Origin: a virus | Taxonomy: Duplodnaviria > Caudoviricetes | IMG/VR virus record: IMGVR_UViG_3300020465_001196 | Strand: one strand, 5' to 3' | DNA length: 64,000 nt | Shown here: one piece after another, positions 28,101 through 38,332 of the stretch | Layout: each line of letters begins with the position of its first letter | Position numbering within the stretch: the first letter of the stretch is position 1 | Translations under genes and position numbers: made by a program | The notes under the pieces: generated by a model | What the model saw: only the letters and a program-made list of their open reading frames with translations | What the model was told of the DNA's origin: nothing | Databases searched by the model: none

Positions 28101-28349
28101 TTAATGAATATTAAAAATATCATCTACAGGATTGAATTCAACTTGTTTATAATTTCCTGAATGTGCTAAAAATACTTCAGAAATTACAGCATCAATATTA
28201 TCATGCCAATGATTTAAAAATTTATGAGCTTTTCTAAATTCAGGTGGGATATCATCAAACTGCCACATGAATAGTTGTATGATGTTTTCATAATCTGGCA
28301 TCCAATAATATATTTTGAGCGTAGTTACTCTTTCAGGAAACAGTATCAT
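28101..28349 (-). CDS. Usg-like family protein
   Basis: TT..IYY.MPDY..I.Q.F.WQ..D..PEF...HKFL..W...I.A.I..V..AH matches the alphaproteobacterial Usg pattern. Confidence 0.75.
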   Translation of the reverse strand: MILFPERVTTLKIYYWMPDYENIIQLFMWQFDDIPPEFRKAHKFLNHWHDNIDAVISEVFLAHSGNYKQVEFNPVDDIFNIH

Positions 28350-28366
28350 AAAAATATTTAACTGTT

Positions 28367-28735
28367 TTATGAAATTAGTAATACAATTAGATAATATGTT
28401 AAGTAATGACCTGCTTGATCAATTGAAGATAAAAACCAATATCCTTTACTCGGTGCAACTATACCTAAACGTTTTTGTGTTGATGATTTACAAAAATCAA
28501 TATGCCAATGTGCTAGATAATCTACTATACCAAAAAAGAATGCCATTGGCCATGGAATAAAAAAACATAAAACAAAAAAAGTACCAATGCCATGTTCAGC
28601 ATAATGAAACTGTGCCGACAATGAAAGGTAATTTGATTTTCTTGTTTTAAAATGAATTAAACTTTGTAAGTAAAGATCAATAATACAATGTTTGAAAAGT
28701 AAAAAAAGAAAAATTGTGGCTCCTAGTGTAGCCAT
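28367..28735 (-). CDS. DUF3307-like membrane protein
   Basis: KH...DL.LQ, H...H, HWHID and DQAGH within hydrophobic helices. Confidence 0.7.
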   Translation of the reverse strand: MATLGATIFLFLLFKHCIIDLYLQSLIHFKTRKSNYLSLSAQFHYAEHGIGTFFVLCFFIPWPMAFFFGIVDYLAHWHIDFCKSSTQKRLGIVAPSKGYWFLSSIDQAGHYLTYYLIVLLIS

Positions 28736-28740
28736 AACAA

Positions 28741-29058
28741 TTATTCCGCTTTAAACTTTGTATACTCGCCTTGTAGCTCTGTAGCTTTCGCTTCAACTAC
28801 ATCTTCATCAATTGGATTATCACCTGATCTTGCAGGAACAAATCTTAACTTGCGTTGTGCTTTTTTAGATGGAGTTACAATATCAGTGTCAATAACTCTT
28901 GCATCTGAATGTTGCATTTCTGCTTCAGCTTCTTCATCTGTTGCTTCTTCATCTGTTGCTTCAACTGAGTTAGTTGGCATAATGATTAGCGTAGGCTTAA
29001 TACCAGCTAGTGTTAATAATCTTGATAAACCGTTATCTTCATTAATTTTGTCTGACAT
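28741..29058 (-). CDS. Small acidic hypothetical protein
   Basis: LSRLLTLAGI near the N-terminus, an EATDE tandem, and TAATG coupling. Confidence 0.6.
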   Translation of the reverse strand: MSDKINEDNGLSRLLTLAGIKPTLIIMPTNSVEATDEEATDEEAEAEMQHSDARVIDTDIVTPSKKAQRKLRFVPARSGDNPIDEDVVEAKATELQGEYTKFKAE

Positions 29059-29654
29059 TATTTTTTCCCTTTCGCAATGTAACTTGTAAGTTTAACTTTA
29101 GGTTTATCTGTTTCTTTGCTTTCAGTTAAACCTGTTACAACTTCAACGTTTGCACGTTCTTTACTTGCTTTTTCTAATTTAGCTAGAAAACTTTTTTTAG
29201 ACTCTTCGCTGTGTACCACATCTTTAATATCTGCTTCTTCTTTCTTATCATATGGTTGTCCCATAACTGGTGCATAATCTTCTGGTTTAGCTTTTGCTTT
29301 AGCAATTTCTCTTTCTTGTTCTTGATACAAAGGATCGCTATCTGATTGTACAACTACTGACTCATATGGTAAACCCATATAGTCTGATAAATGTCTTGAT
29401 ACTGTTTGGTATGACACAGGCATACTTGTTGTTACTTCAACAATTGTAACTTCTGTATTAGTTATGTTTGCTGGAAAATCTAGTGGATGTTCTTGCATAA
29501 TAGTTTTTTTAGGTGACGACATTTTTACAACATTGTATTTTGACAATGCTTGTTCCATTGCACTTAAATGGTCATCTTCTAGCACACCAGCTATTTTTAC
29601 TTTAAAAGTGTACTCTTTTACTGCTTCTGCAAGATAGTCTTTAAACGTTTTCAT
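29058..29654 (-). CDS. Probable internal head protein
   Basis: N-terminus MKTFKDYLAE resembles the T4 capsid-targeting sequence. Confidence 0.6.
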   Translation of the reverse strand: MKTFKDYLAEAVKEYTFKVKIAGVLEDDHLSAMEQALSKYNVVKMSSPKKTIMQEHPLDFPANITNTEVTIVEVTTSMPVSYQTVSRHLSDYMGLPYESVVVQSDSDPLYQEQEREIAKAKAKPEDYAPVMGQPYDKKEEADIKDVVHSEESKKSFLAKLEKASKERANVEVVTGLTESKETDKPKVKLTSYIAKGKK

Positions 29655-29673
29655 AATATAATATCCTATAGTT

Positions 29674-30294
29674 TTATTTATCTTTTTTATCGTTATCCGT
29701 ATTATCTTGAACTTTGTCTATAATTTGCTTTAAAAGTTGGTTTCTTTCACCAACAATATAGCCCTCTCCTTCAACAATATCTGCTGAATTTGAGTCATTT
29801 CCAGTCATTTGATCAATACGTTGTTTCTTTAACTGTAGCTCAACCATACGCAATTTTTTCTCTAATTTTGCATTTTTGGCTTCTACAGCATTTTTAAGCA
29901 TACTAGAAGCAACTTCAAATAATTTACCAGAATGACGTACTTCTACATTCATACCTAAATCCATTAAATCTTTATATGATTTCATTGCTTCTTGTGAATA
30001 TGTGTCCATATCTATATCTTCTGAATCTAAACCTGTTACTTGTGGTAATGCTCTATCAATTTTTTCTGCTGTTGATAGTGCTTTTATGATAGACTGTGGA
30101 TTGCTTTTGCTACTCTCTCCGCTTTCGCTTTCGCTTTGCTCACTAACTTCCTGCTGAACTTCTTCCTGTCCACTTTCAATTTTCTTTTCTTCTGCTTCGC
30201 TGATAGTTTTTTGCTCATTGGCTTTCTCCTTGGCTTTTTCAATTACCTCTTCCATTGGCGGTAAATCAAACTCTTTTTCTAATTTTTTTGTCAT
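29674..30294 (-). CDS. Possible terminase small subunit (gp16-like)
   Basis: Helical core (..KLFEVASSML..A..AK) followed by a coiled coil, near the large terminase. Weak similarity judged by eye. Confidence 0.4.
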   Translation of the reverse strand: MTKKLEKEFDLPPMEEVIEKAKEKANEQKTISEAEEKKIESGQEEVQQEVSEQSESESGESSKSNPQSIIKALSTAEKIDRALPQVTGLDSEDIDMDTYSQEAMKSYKDLMDLGMNVEVRHSGKLFEVASSMLKNAVEAKNAKLEKKLRMVELQLKKQRIDQMTGNDSNSADIVEGEGYIVGERNQLLKQIIDKVQDNTDNDKKDK

Positions 30295-30325
30295 TTATAT
30301 ATCACCTATTAACTACGTATATTAT

Positions 30326-30763
30326 TTATCTACCTTTTGGCTTCATTTTATATATAGAATCTTCATTTAATATACGGAAACGTATTCCTTTACGTTTACT
30401 CCATTCTCCAGCCGCTTTCCATTTAGCTCTGTTTAACACAATGGTAGCTCTATCTCTTGCAGTTTTGGCCGCTTCTTGAATCGTTTGTGCTCTTGGTTTT
30501 ACTTCTATTAGTTCACTAAAACGTCTACCTTTTCTATTAAGATATGTTACTAAAAAGTCTGGAATATACACCGTATACTTTCCAGTAAATGGATTACGAT
30601 AAGGAATTTTTAATGGTTCACTAGACCATGCAATTATATTAGGATGTTCATCACAGAACTTCATAAAAGAAAATTCCCATCCTGATCTATACATTGGAGT
30701 TTTTGTTCCAACATATTTACTTGGATTTTTTAATGTATAATAACCTTTTTGAAACCTTGGCAT
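30326..30763 (-). CDS. gp4: Head completion nuclease (T4 gp4-like, TnsA-like fold)
   Basis: YRSGWE, WSSE, Y.PDF, IEVKP, and N.AKW.AA. Confidence 0.9.
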   Translation of the reverse strand: MPRFQKGYYTLKNPSKYVGTKTPMYRSGWEFSFMKFCDEHPNIIAWSSEPLKIPYRNPFTGKYTVYIPDFLVTYLNRKGRRFSELIEVKPRAQTIQEAAKTARDRATIVLNRAKWKAAGEWSKRKGIRFRILNEDSIYKMKPKGR

Positions 30764-30844
30764 AACATTACTATTTAACCATTAACCCCTACTGTATCCT
30801 GCTTAAAATAGGATTAAAGACTATAAATTAAGCAATTTAATCAT

Positions 30845-32140
30845 TTATTTCTTTTGAGCCCAGAATTGTTTATCAACTGGAACATCTTTAGGAGTAGTTT
30901 GCTGTGCTCTCGAAAGAATATGTCCTTCTGGATCACTTCCAGCTTTTTCAATATCACTAGTATTAAAATTTGCACAACTATGAGTGCAAAAAGTTAAATT
31001 ATATCTATCTTTATTTGGCCTTAAAAGATAATCTAACTTTTTATATACTGATGACGACATAACCTCTTTAATTGTATTTGTTGCTGACACTCTAATTTTC
31101 TTTTCCCAATCTTTACCTAATTTTGATACCCAATCAGTTAAGTAATATTGTTGTTCATAATCTCTTTGTAAATAAAATTTTTTTTGAGATACAACTGATG
31201 TTCCAAATTGTTCTAAAAATTTATTCATATCACTACTCCAACAACATGGCCAAACAGTCCCATCGCTCATAACTTGTAGAGACTTAGATATTTGCCAAGG
31301 ACAAGAGTGTATTTTTCCTGTTGCTGTATTTTCTAGTTCACTAACATAATTTTTTAAACTAGATTCAGTACTCATTACTTTTTCATGAGTTTTGTCTATT
31401 TTAGTATTTTTATGTTTAGACACTTCTTTAGACTTTTCTTTATCTTTTAATGTTCCTTTTTTAGTTCGTGATGTAGATTCAGAAATAATTCTGTTTACAG
31501 TATCATTGCTACCACCATATGGTTGAGCTATTTCTAATCTATCAAATTTATAATCAAAAGCCATTTGCCTTGCTTCATCTTGTTGATCCTTATTATAATC
31601 AAAATCTAACATTCTCCAACCATGTTTATAAGGAGCAACTTCTTTTATCATTTTAAATCTTTTTTCAATTATACTCCATGATGCTCCACGTCTATATGTG
31701 TCGCACTTTTCTCTTAATCCATCTACGCCAACAACTAATTCTACTGTTGGAAGTTTTATTAATTTTAAAAATGTATCATCACTTCCACCACATAAATTTG
31801 TGTGTAAAGTTATCTTAACATTTGGTAATAGTTTTATTATTGTTGTTACTATATCATATAATTTTGGATGAGAAAAACAATCACCAATATCGCCATCAAA
31901 CTTAATACGTTTTAAATTTTTTAAATCTTTAAATATTGGTTCAATTAATTCTAATGGAATATGTTGTTGATGATCTAAAACTATTTGTTTTGGTAACAAT
32001 GTTTTAGCATCTGTCCTAGAACATGACACACATCGAAAGTTACAATAACTCGTTGGTTCAAATTGAATTAGTTTTACTTCTTCTGGGTCTATATAATATT
32101 CTGTCTCGGAAGTTAATGATATCCATTCTTTTGCTAACAT
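30845..32140 (-). CDS. Radical SAM protein with Twitch/SPASM-like Cys motif (copy 2)
   Basis: CNFRCVSC, GDIGD, HTN, VGVDG, and C..WPCC..CTHSC. Confidence 0.9.
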   Translation of the reverse strand: MLAKEWISLTSETEYYIDPEEVKLIQFEPTSYCNFRCVSCSRTDAKTLLPKQIVLDHQQHIPLELIEPIFKDLKNLKRIKFDGDIGDCFSHPKLYDIVTTIIKLLPNVKITLHTNLCGGSDDTFLKLIKLPTVELVVGVDGLREKCDTYRRGASWSIIEKRFKMIKEVAPYKHGWRMLDFDYNKDQQDEARQMAFDYKFDRLEIAQPYGGSNDTVNRIISESTSRTKKGTLKDKEKSKEVSKHKNTKIDKTHEKVMSTESSLKNYVSELENTATGKIHSCPWQISKSLQVMSDGTVWPCCWSSDMNKFLEQFGTSVVSQKKFYLQRDYEQQYYLTDWVSKLGKDWEKKIRVSATNTIKEVMSSSVYKKLDYLLRPNKDRYNLTFCTHSCANFNTSDIEKAGSDPEGHILSRAQQTTPKDVPVDKQFWAQKK

Positions 32141-32158
32141 AACAATATTTATTATGTG

Positions 32159-32602
32159 CTAATATGCTATCATTCTTGAAATATGATTTGGTACTTGTGA
32201 AGTTGTTGTATCAATTGTTCCTATTTGACTTGTAATAGGTCTATAATGATTTAATAATGTATTTCCTAAATTTGTAAATTTAATTGGATCACTTGTACTT
32301 TCAAATAGTTGATCAATAGTTAGATTTAAAGTTTTAATTGAATCAATAACTAATAATGTATATGCTTTTGCTAATTGTTCTGATTCAACTTCTTTTTGAA
32401 ATATTCCATATATGTAATCATATTTTGCAGGACTAACTTGTCTTTGTTCACCGCCATAAGTGTTTAATATTTTAGTAGTTAAATCTTGTACTGACAATGT
32501 GTTTTCTGAATTAGTTAGTTGATTCATTAAATTACCAAACAATGAAGTAACTTTGGTTTCACCGCCAGTTCTTGCAATCATTTGTGTACTATCTTGTGCC
32601 AT
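32159..32602 (-). CDS. Hypothetical protein (tail/baseplate region)
   Basis: Coupled to the upstream tube-like gene. Confidence 0.6.
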   Translation of the reverse strand: MAQDSTQMIARTGGETKVTSLFGNLMNQLTNSENTLSVQDLTTKILNTYGGEQRQVSPAKYDYIYGIFQKEVESEQLAKAYTLLVIDSIKTLNLTIDQLFESTSDPIKFTNLGNTLLNHYRPITSQIGTIDTTTSQVPNHISRMIAY

Positions 32603-32606
32603 TATA

Positions 32607-34337
32607 TTATCCTGTTCTTATTGCGTTTCCGTTGCTGTCTTTTACTATTCTACCTTTTGAATCTTTTAATGTTCCTTTTTTAGGTTTAACATAGTTTGCA
32701 GAATCTGGATTATATTTTCCACCACTGTTTGGCCAATTAGAAAACATACTACCTGTTGACGTTGAACTTGTACCAAAACTTGATCCAACACTTTTAGCAC
32801 CGTTATATACTTTACTTGTAATAGCATTTATTCCATCAGTAATTGGTGTACCGCCCATAATACTTCCAAAGATAGATGAACCACCTTTTGTATTAATAGC
32901 ACCAACATCACCTCTTGCATCGTTACCGGCTAAAAAACTTCCTGAGCCAGCCGATGAAGCACTTAAACTATCTTGTATGCCTGTTTCACCTGTCATTTTT
33001 GTCATATACGAATCATCTTTTAATGAACCTTCACCATCATTAGTTACACTACTAAAATCTTCTGTTGCTGGTGTTTCTGGCATCTCTGCAGTTTCAAATA
33101 ATTCATTAAGATCAACATTACTATCTTTAATTTCATCAAATGGATGATTGTATGTTTCATATAAAACTGTTTCATATGCAAACTGCATACCCATTTCAAT
33201 TGGTCCACTTGACTCATATGTAAAATTATCATGATCCATTGCTGTAACTTTTGGATTTACATATCTTATTAAAGTAAATTTTTTACCATGTATTAAATAT
33301 AAATCTAAACTTTTAATTACACCGTCTTTTTGATCATAACCATGAGCAATGTCAACACCATAGTTACTATCTTTTATCCATTGGTCACTTCCAGATACTA
33401 TTGTTCTTTGATATGGAGCGGCAATAGATTCAACATTACCAATACCTTGATATTGCCAACTTTTATTTCTGCCATCTTTCACATGATGTTCATACAAGTA
33501 CTTCCAAAGGTTCATTGCGGCACTATTCATAGTGTCATAAAATCTTACATTAATTGGATCATACTCTACACGTCTATATACGTTTCTTTTTCTATTATAT
33601 TGATTAAGTACATCCATTGCCATAGTTACTTTTGGACCATCAATTGATTTAATATTCCATATTAAACTTTTTTTCAAATCTCCAATAACTTTATTTCTTG
33701 AAATTCTTTCACCTTCTTTGTATGCATCTGATGATGTATCATTCATTGCAAACCCGGCATCTGCACCGTTATATTGATCTGGTGCCATGTTTCTTTCTAC
33801 TTGAGCATCAATTTGATTTTCAAAAACTTGATTAAATGCATCATCAGAATGAAATCTAAATGTTGCAACGTATTGAAACTTTTGTCTAGGTAACCCAGAC
33901 ATAAATGCTGTTGGTGTTGCTTTTAATGAATAGTTTTCTTGAGCTCTTGATGGACCTCTTAATGTAGGATCAACTTCGTCTGCTACTGCTCTACCTTCGC
34001 CTGGTGTTTTATCACCTTGACCTTGTACAGCACCATCAGTTGCTTCTCCTTCAGCATTTTCACCAAGTGACGCAATTGCGTCCTCGTTTTGCTGTTCCAT
34101 TGTTTTTGCTAAAGATTCATCGCCGCCTGCTCTTACGGCATTAATTTCTGCTTCAGTGAATACAGATTGATTTGTATCCATTGAAGAAAAATATTTTTTC
34201 TGTTCTGGAGTTAATATGTCAGCACCTGAGGTTGAATTGTTTTTTGATACTTTAGCGGCATCAGACGAGCCAGTTTTAATTAAATTACCACTACTGTCTC
34301 TTATTGGTTTACCACTACTATCAACTACGTTACCCAT
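32607..34337 (-). CDS. Tail tube-like baseplate/tube initiator protein
   Basis: The central region (LNQYNRKR.V...EYDPI.V.FYDT; M.FAYE) is tube-fold-like. It lies directly downstream of gp19. Confidence 0.6.
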   Translation of the reverse strand: MGNVVDSSGKPIRDSSGNLIKTGSSDAAKVSKNNSTSGADILTPEQKKYFSSMDTNQSVFTEAEINAVRAGGDESLAKTMEQQNEDAIASLGENAEGEATDGAVQGQGDKTPGEGRAVADEVDPTLRGPSRAQENYSLKATPTAFMSGLPRQKFQYVATFRFHSDDAFNQVFENQIDAQVERNMAPDQYNGADAGFAMNDTSSDAYKEGERISRNKVIGDLKKSLIWNIKSIDGPKVTMAMDVLNQYNRKRNVYRRVEYDPINVRFYDTMNSAAMNLWKYLYEHHVKDGRNKSWQYQGIGNVESIAAPYQRTIVSGSDQWIKDSNYGVDIAHGYDQKDGVIKSLDLYLIHGKKFTLIRYVNPKVTAMDHDNFTYESSGPIEMGMQFAYETVLYETYNHPFDEIKDSNVDLNELFETAEMPETPATEDFSSVTNDGEGSLKDDSYMTKMTGETGIQDSLSASSAGSGSFLAGNDARGDVGAINTKGGSSIFGSIMGGTPITDGINAITSKVYNGAKSVGSSFGTSSTSTGSMFSNWPNSGGKYNPDSANYVKPKKGTLKDSKGRIVKDSNGNAIRTG

Positions 34338-34339
34338 AA

Positions 34340-34429
34340 TTAAACCCCTTGCTCTAAATGAACAAAGGAAGCTGACGAATTACTGTTGATAGTACTCGTA
34401 GCTTCCATTGTTTGACATATCTCTGCCAT
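34340..34429 (-). CDS. Candidate 29-aa leader ORF containing a long hairpin
   Basis: AGGAGAG SD, then MAEICQTMEATSTINSNSSASFVHLEQGV. The stop is 2 nt before the next ATG. Confidence 0.35.
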   Translation of the reverse strand: MAEICQTMEATSTINSNSSASFVHLEQGV

Positions 34430-34459
34430 GTGACTCTCCTCTATACAAAAGTTAAACTA

Positions 34460-35059
34460 TTAAAGATTTGTCTGTCCAGGGAATGATAGTGGGAATTGTG
34501 GGAATATCTCACTTCCACCAGCACCTTTATGGATAGCATTGTCATATCTCATAGTCATAATAACTTGTACAGGTTCAGATACTGCGTAATCGCCATCTGA
34601 GTAGTCAACGTTTTGTAAGAAACAACCTTCTAAATCCCATTGCTCTAGTTCAGCATCATTAGTACCATCTAAAATCTCAACTTTAGAAGTAAACTTGTAT
34701 TGACCGCCACTAACTGGACCAGTTTGTTCAAAGTGATTCATTTGCTTTTGAACTTGCTGACCAACTAATCTTGAAATACTGTTGTTGATGTCATCCCTAA
34801 TTGTAATAGTGATTGGTTCCCAAGTGTGTTTACCCATTAGGTATGCTACTGAGTTATACACGTGGATAGGCACTTCTTCATGTGTTACTTTTGGTCTTGT
34901 AATGTTCATTACCTGTTGAGTTAAATCAATAGGATTAGCACCAAGGTTACCAAAGCCTGTAAAACGTACTCTAAAACGATATTTAAGTTTAGGTTGTAAA
35001 ATACCACCTCTACCTGTAGCACCGTCTATTGGAACGCCAAATTTATTTAATGTAGCCAT
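34460..35059 (-). CDS. gp19: Tail tube protein (gp19-like)
   Basis: L.PKLKYRFRV.F, RP.V, GKHTWEPITITIRDD, and L.GCFL. Adjacent to the sheath gene. Confidence 0.85.
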   Translation of the reverse strand: MATLNKFGVPIDGATGRGGILQPKLKYRFRVRFTGFGNLGANPIDLTQQVMNITRPKVTHEEVPIHVYNSVAYLMGKHTWEPITITIRDDINNSISRLVGQQVQKQMNHFEQTGPVSGGQYKFTSKVEILDGTNDAELEQWDLEGCFLQNVDYSDGDYAVSEPVQVIMTMRYDNAIHKGAGGSEIFPQFPLSFPGQTNL

Positions 35060-35145
35060 TGTAATCTCTCCTTACAAACTAAATTGTATTACAAGTATTT
35101 ATGCGATTATAGAAAAATTTGTGAAAAAGTTTGGCTTTAAAGGGT

Positions 35146-35182
35146 AAAAAAAAGGCTACTATATCTCTATAGTAGCCTTTTT
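35146..35182. terminator. Bidirectional intrinsic terminator after the sheath gene
   Basis: Perfect 10-bp stem GGCTACTATA/TATAGTAGCC with a 4-nt loop, flanked by an A-run and a T-run. Confidence 0.85.
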
Positions 35183-35198
35183 ATGTGTATTTTAACTA

Positions 35199-38195
35199 TT
35201 AACTGTAGCTTAAAGATTCACCTGTGTTCTTTATTCTAACCGGAATGTATATAAATTCAGCCGCTTTTGCTGGTTGAATTGCTACATCTACCCACAATTG
35301 ATTTGCATCAATACGTGTTGCTGTGTTGTTAGTATCATCACAAACAACTAAGAAGTCATATAATGCTCTCTTAGAAGATAAGTCAGATAAGAATCTTTCA
35401 AAAGTATCAGTTACTTGATCTCTTGTCATTCTGTCATTTAATTCAAACAAGAATGGTTTAGCCAATGCATCAAATTGATATCTTAAGTAACAAATTAATC
35501 TTGCTACGTTAACTCTATCTAATGCTGAAGCTGTGTTATGTAATGTTTTTTGACCAAACACTACTAAACCTCTATTTGGCATATAAGCAATTGGATTAAC
35601 TTTTGCTGTGTATAGTGAGTCTCTTGATCCTGAGCTTAATACAACTGAATTATATTCACCTGTGCTTGAATCAATGTAACCAACTGATGTTGCATTTGAT
35701 ACTGTACCTCTTTGATAACCTGCTGGAGCAAACCATTGGTATGCCGCTTGGTCATTGTAAGCGATAGTTCTTAATGCAATATGCGAAGCTGGAACAACAA
35801 CGTTGTTACCACCTAAGTCAGTTGTTAGTGCTGATGGATAGTAAACAGCTGAATATGTTGATGCTGATACTAAACCGTCTTCACCGTTTTCAGTTGCGTT
35901 AGCTGAGTTAGACATCCAGTTAGATACTTCTGATGCTGATTTTAATCTAAACGGAGCGTCAAGAATAATAAATGCTGTTTCTTTTTTCGCTGTGTTTAGT
36001 GCAATCGCTTCATCATAAGTTTCTGGATAACCAGGACAAGCAATCAAGTTAAAGTTTCTTGATTCTGCTCTAATTTCATCATTTGAGCTAAATGCACTTT
36101 GAAGTGATGTTACTACAACTTTTCTTTGTGCTTTTCTACCCATGTATGCTGAGCCATCTGCTTTCATTCCTGATGCGTTAACCCAAGTTGCTCCCATTGC
36201 CGTACCGTTAGGTGCAGTATAGGCGCTGTGATATTTTTTAACATTGTAACCACTAATTCTAGTGTTGAACAATAACATACCACTTGGATAAGCCGCTGGA
36301 TCTGGTCTATCAGCATCAAAAGATGCGTATGCTGAACCCCAACCCACTGCCGCGTCTGTTGTACCAGCTGGATTACCAACTGCGTCTGCAAAAACAATAC
36401 CTGATGCTGAAGATTGATCAGTGTTATCTACTAATACGTATTTCGTACCATTGTGCTTGTAAATTTTTGGATATGCTTCTAATTCATTTGAATCAATCCA
36501 AATATCACCTGATGCCAACGCTGTGCCATCTGCCGCCTTAGTAGGCTCTGTAGATACCATTTGCAAGTCCTTGATGCCGCCAGAAGCAACTGAACCTGTT
36601 GTAAATGCATTCTTACTGTTCGCGTATGCGTGCCATTTCATTGTACCACCGTCATTTACAGCAACATAAATGTCCGCTGAAATGTTAGTGTCGTACCAAT
36701 GTGTGCCATCTGTAGCCGTTTGTGTTGGCGCTGATGCACTTGCTTCATATGATAAATTTGCCCATAAAGACGTCATGTACCATGAAGTTGCACCTGATGA
36801 CATATTGTCTGTAAAGCCTAAGTTAGCAGTAGTTGTTGCCGCTTTGTTAGAACCTGATGCTGAAGAATCTTCAACCCAAATTGCTTTACCGTTTGTTCTA
36901 GTTAATCTTAAAAATTGTTTACTTCCTGTAGAGTTATCAATAGATGCAACTACTTTTAATCCTGCCAATGTAGCATTATTATTAATGCCTGCTACTATTT
37001 CTGCAAGAGTAACTCTTGTACCTGCCGAACCCGCTGTTGCGATTTCAACTTCAGTTCCACAAATTTTCACTTTAACGTGTGTGTCAGTACCAGCTAATGT
37101 ATAATCATTAGTTGTACCTGCGAAGTCTTTAGTACCAGTTGTTACTGTTGAAGTACCTGTTGCTCTTTTTCTAATTGTCCATTGTATCTCTGGAGTAGTA
37201 TTGTTTGCTTTTTGTGATAATGCTGTTGAACCAATATCTGTTTTATCCCAGTTTTGGTCGTCTTCATCATCAAAAAGTGTGAATAAACTTCCTGCCGCTG
37301 TTGTTGAACCAATTGCGTTATCATCATCTGAGTGTAGTGGTGATGATAATGTTGACCAAGTTGATGTTGAACCTGTCCAATATTTAACAACAATGTTTGC
37401 TCCTGAACCAACCGCTGTTGATTTTAACCAAACTGAACCTGCCGCTCCAGCCGTAGGTGCGTCACCTGTGCCTGGTTGGATGTGAGTAGAAACTGCACCT
37501 GTTTTTGCTGATGCCCAATCTCCTCCTGGATCAGTTGATGTTGAACCAATTTGATACCAAACACCGCTAATTTTTTCAAATGCTCTAGCTGGTGTAGTTG
37601 AAGCTACAACAACGTAATCGCCGTTTGCTCCGTATGTTGCTTTTGGATAACCATCTGTGCCAACATTTGATGTTGCTGATGCACTTGGTGTATCTAATAA
37701 TACTGCTGGTGTAATTTTAGACCAACTAGTGTTGTTAGCACCTGCTGATTTGTACATACCCCAATCAGTTGAAGTTATATCTAACCAATATGTACCGTCT
37801 GCTGGGTTAGATGTTGGTACTGATGTTGAACCTGTAAGTCCTGCTAGATCAACTCCAGCTCTTACTACGTAGGCTCTGTTTGCAATACCTAAGTAACTGT
37901 ATGCGGCTAATAAGCCGTATTCATTTCTTTCATCACCTGGTAGCATTGTAGCCCCAGCTGAATAAAAATTCGGTGTACCAAAGGTAGATATCAATTCTCT
38001 TTGTGAACCAATTAAATATGGTTTTCCAACGTTTGCTGTTGTAGTACCTGCCGCTGTGCCATTTGTAGTACTTGGATCTGCTTTATCTTGTGCAGTCGCA
38101 ACTACAAATAGAGGGATAGTACCTGTTCCAGCACCGGCGTAAAACGATTCATCGGTTACAGAAACTGATATACCTGGTGAAACTAAATCTGGCAT
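35199..38195 (-). CDS. gp18: Tail sheath protein with large inserted domains
   Basis: MPDLVSPG.SV.V.DES.Y, FG.P, YYP, WFAPAG..RG, R.NV.RL, and P.KAAEFIYIP. Confidence 0.95.
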   Translation of the reverse strand: MPDLVSPGISVSVTDESFYAGAGTGTIPLFVVATAQDKADPSTTNGTAAGTTTANVGKPYLIGSQRELISTFGTPNFYSAGATMLPGDERNEYGLLAAYSYLGIANRAYVVRAGVDLAGLTGSTSVPTSNPADGTYWLDITSTDWGMYKSAGANNTSWSKITPAVLLDTPSASATSNVGTDGYPKATYGANGDYVVVASTTPARAFEKISGVWYQIGSTSTDPGGDWASAKTGAVSTHIQPGTGDAPTAGAAGSVWLKSTAVGSGANIVVKYWTGSTSTWSTLSSPLHSDDDNAIGSTTAAGSLFTLFDDEDDQNWDKTDIGSTALSQKANNTTPEIQWTIRKRATGTSTVTTGTKDFAGTTNDYTLAGTDTHVKVKICGTEVEIATAGSAGTRVTLAEIVAGINNNATLAGLKVVASIDNSTGSKQFLRLTRTNGKAIWVEDSSASGSNKAATTTANLGFTDNMSSGATSWYMTSLWANLSYEASASAPTQTATDGTHWYDTNISADIYVAVNDGGTMKWHAYANSKNAFTTGSVASGGIKDLQMVSTEPTKAADGTALASGDIWIDSNELEAYPKIYKHNGTKYVLVDNTDQSSASGIVFADAVGNPAGTTDAAVGWGSAYASFDADRPDPAAYPSGMLLFNTRISGYNVKKYHSAYTAPNGTAMGATWVNASGMKADGSAYMGRKAQRKVVVTSLQSAFSSNDEIRAESRNFNLIACPGYPETYDEAIALNTAKKETAFIILDAPFRLKSASEVSNWMSNSANATENGEDGLVSASTYSAVYYPSALTTDLGGNNVVVPASHIALRTIAYNDQAAYQWFAPAGYQRGTVSNATSVGYIDSSTGEYNSVVLSSGSRDSLYTAKVNPIAYMPNRGLVVFGQKTLHNTASALDRVNVARLICYLRYQFDALAKPFLFELNDRMTRDQVTDTFERFLSDLSSKRALYDFLVVCDDTNNTATRIDANQLWVDVAIQPAKAAEFIYIPVRIKNTGESLSYS

Positions 38196-38332
38196 AATAA
38201 TCTCTCCTTAAATTCTTTTCAATATAGTATTGAATTGCCTGTATTCTATATACAATATTTATGTGATGATGGCCTAAAACCGCTGGTTTATACACCAATA
38301 AAATTCCCTTTAAAAGGGCAGTAAATACATAT

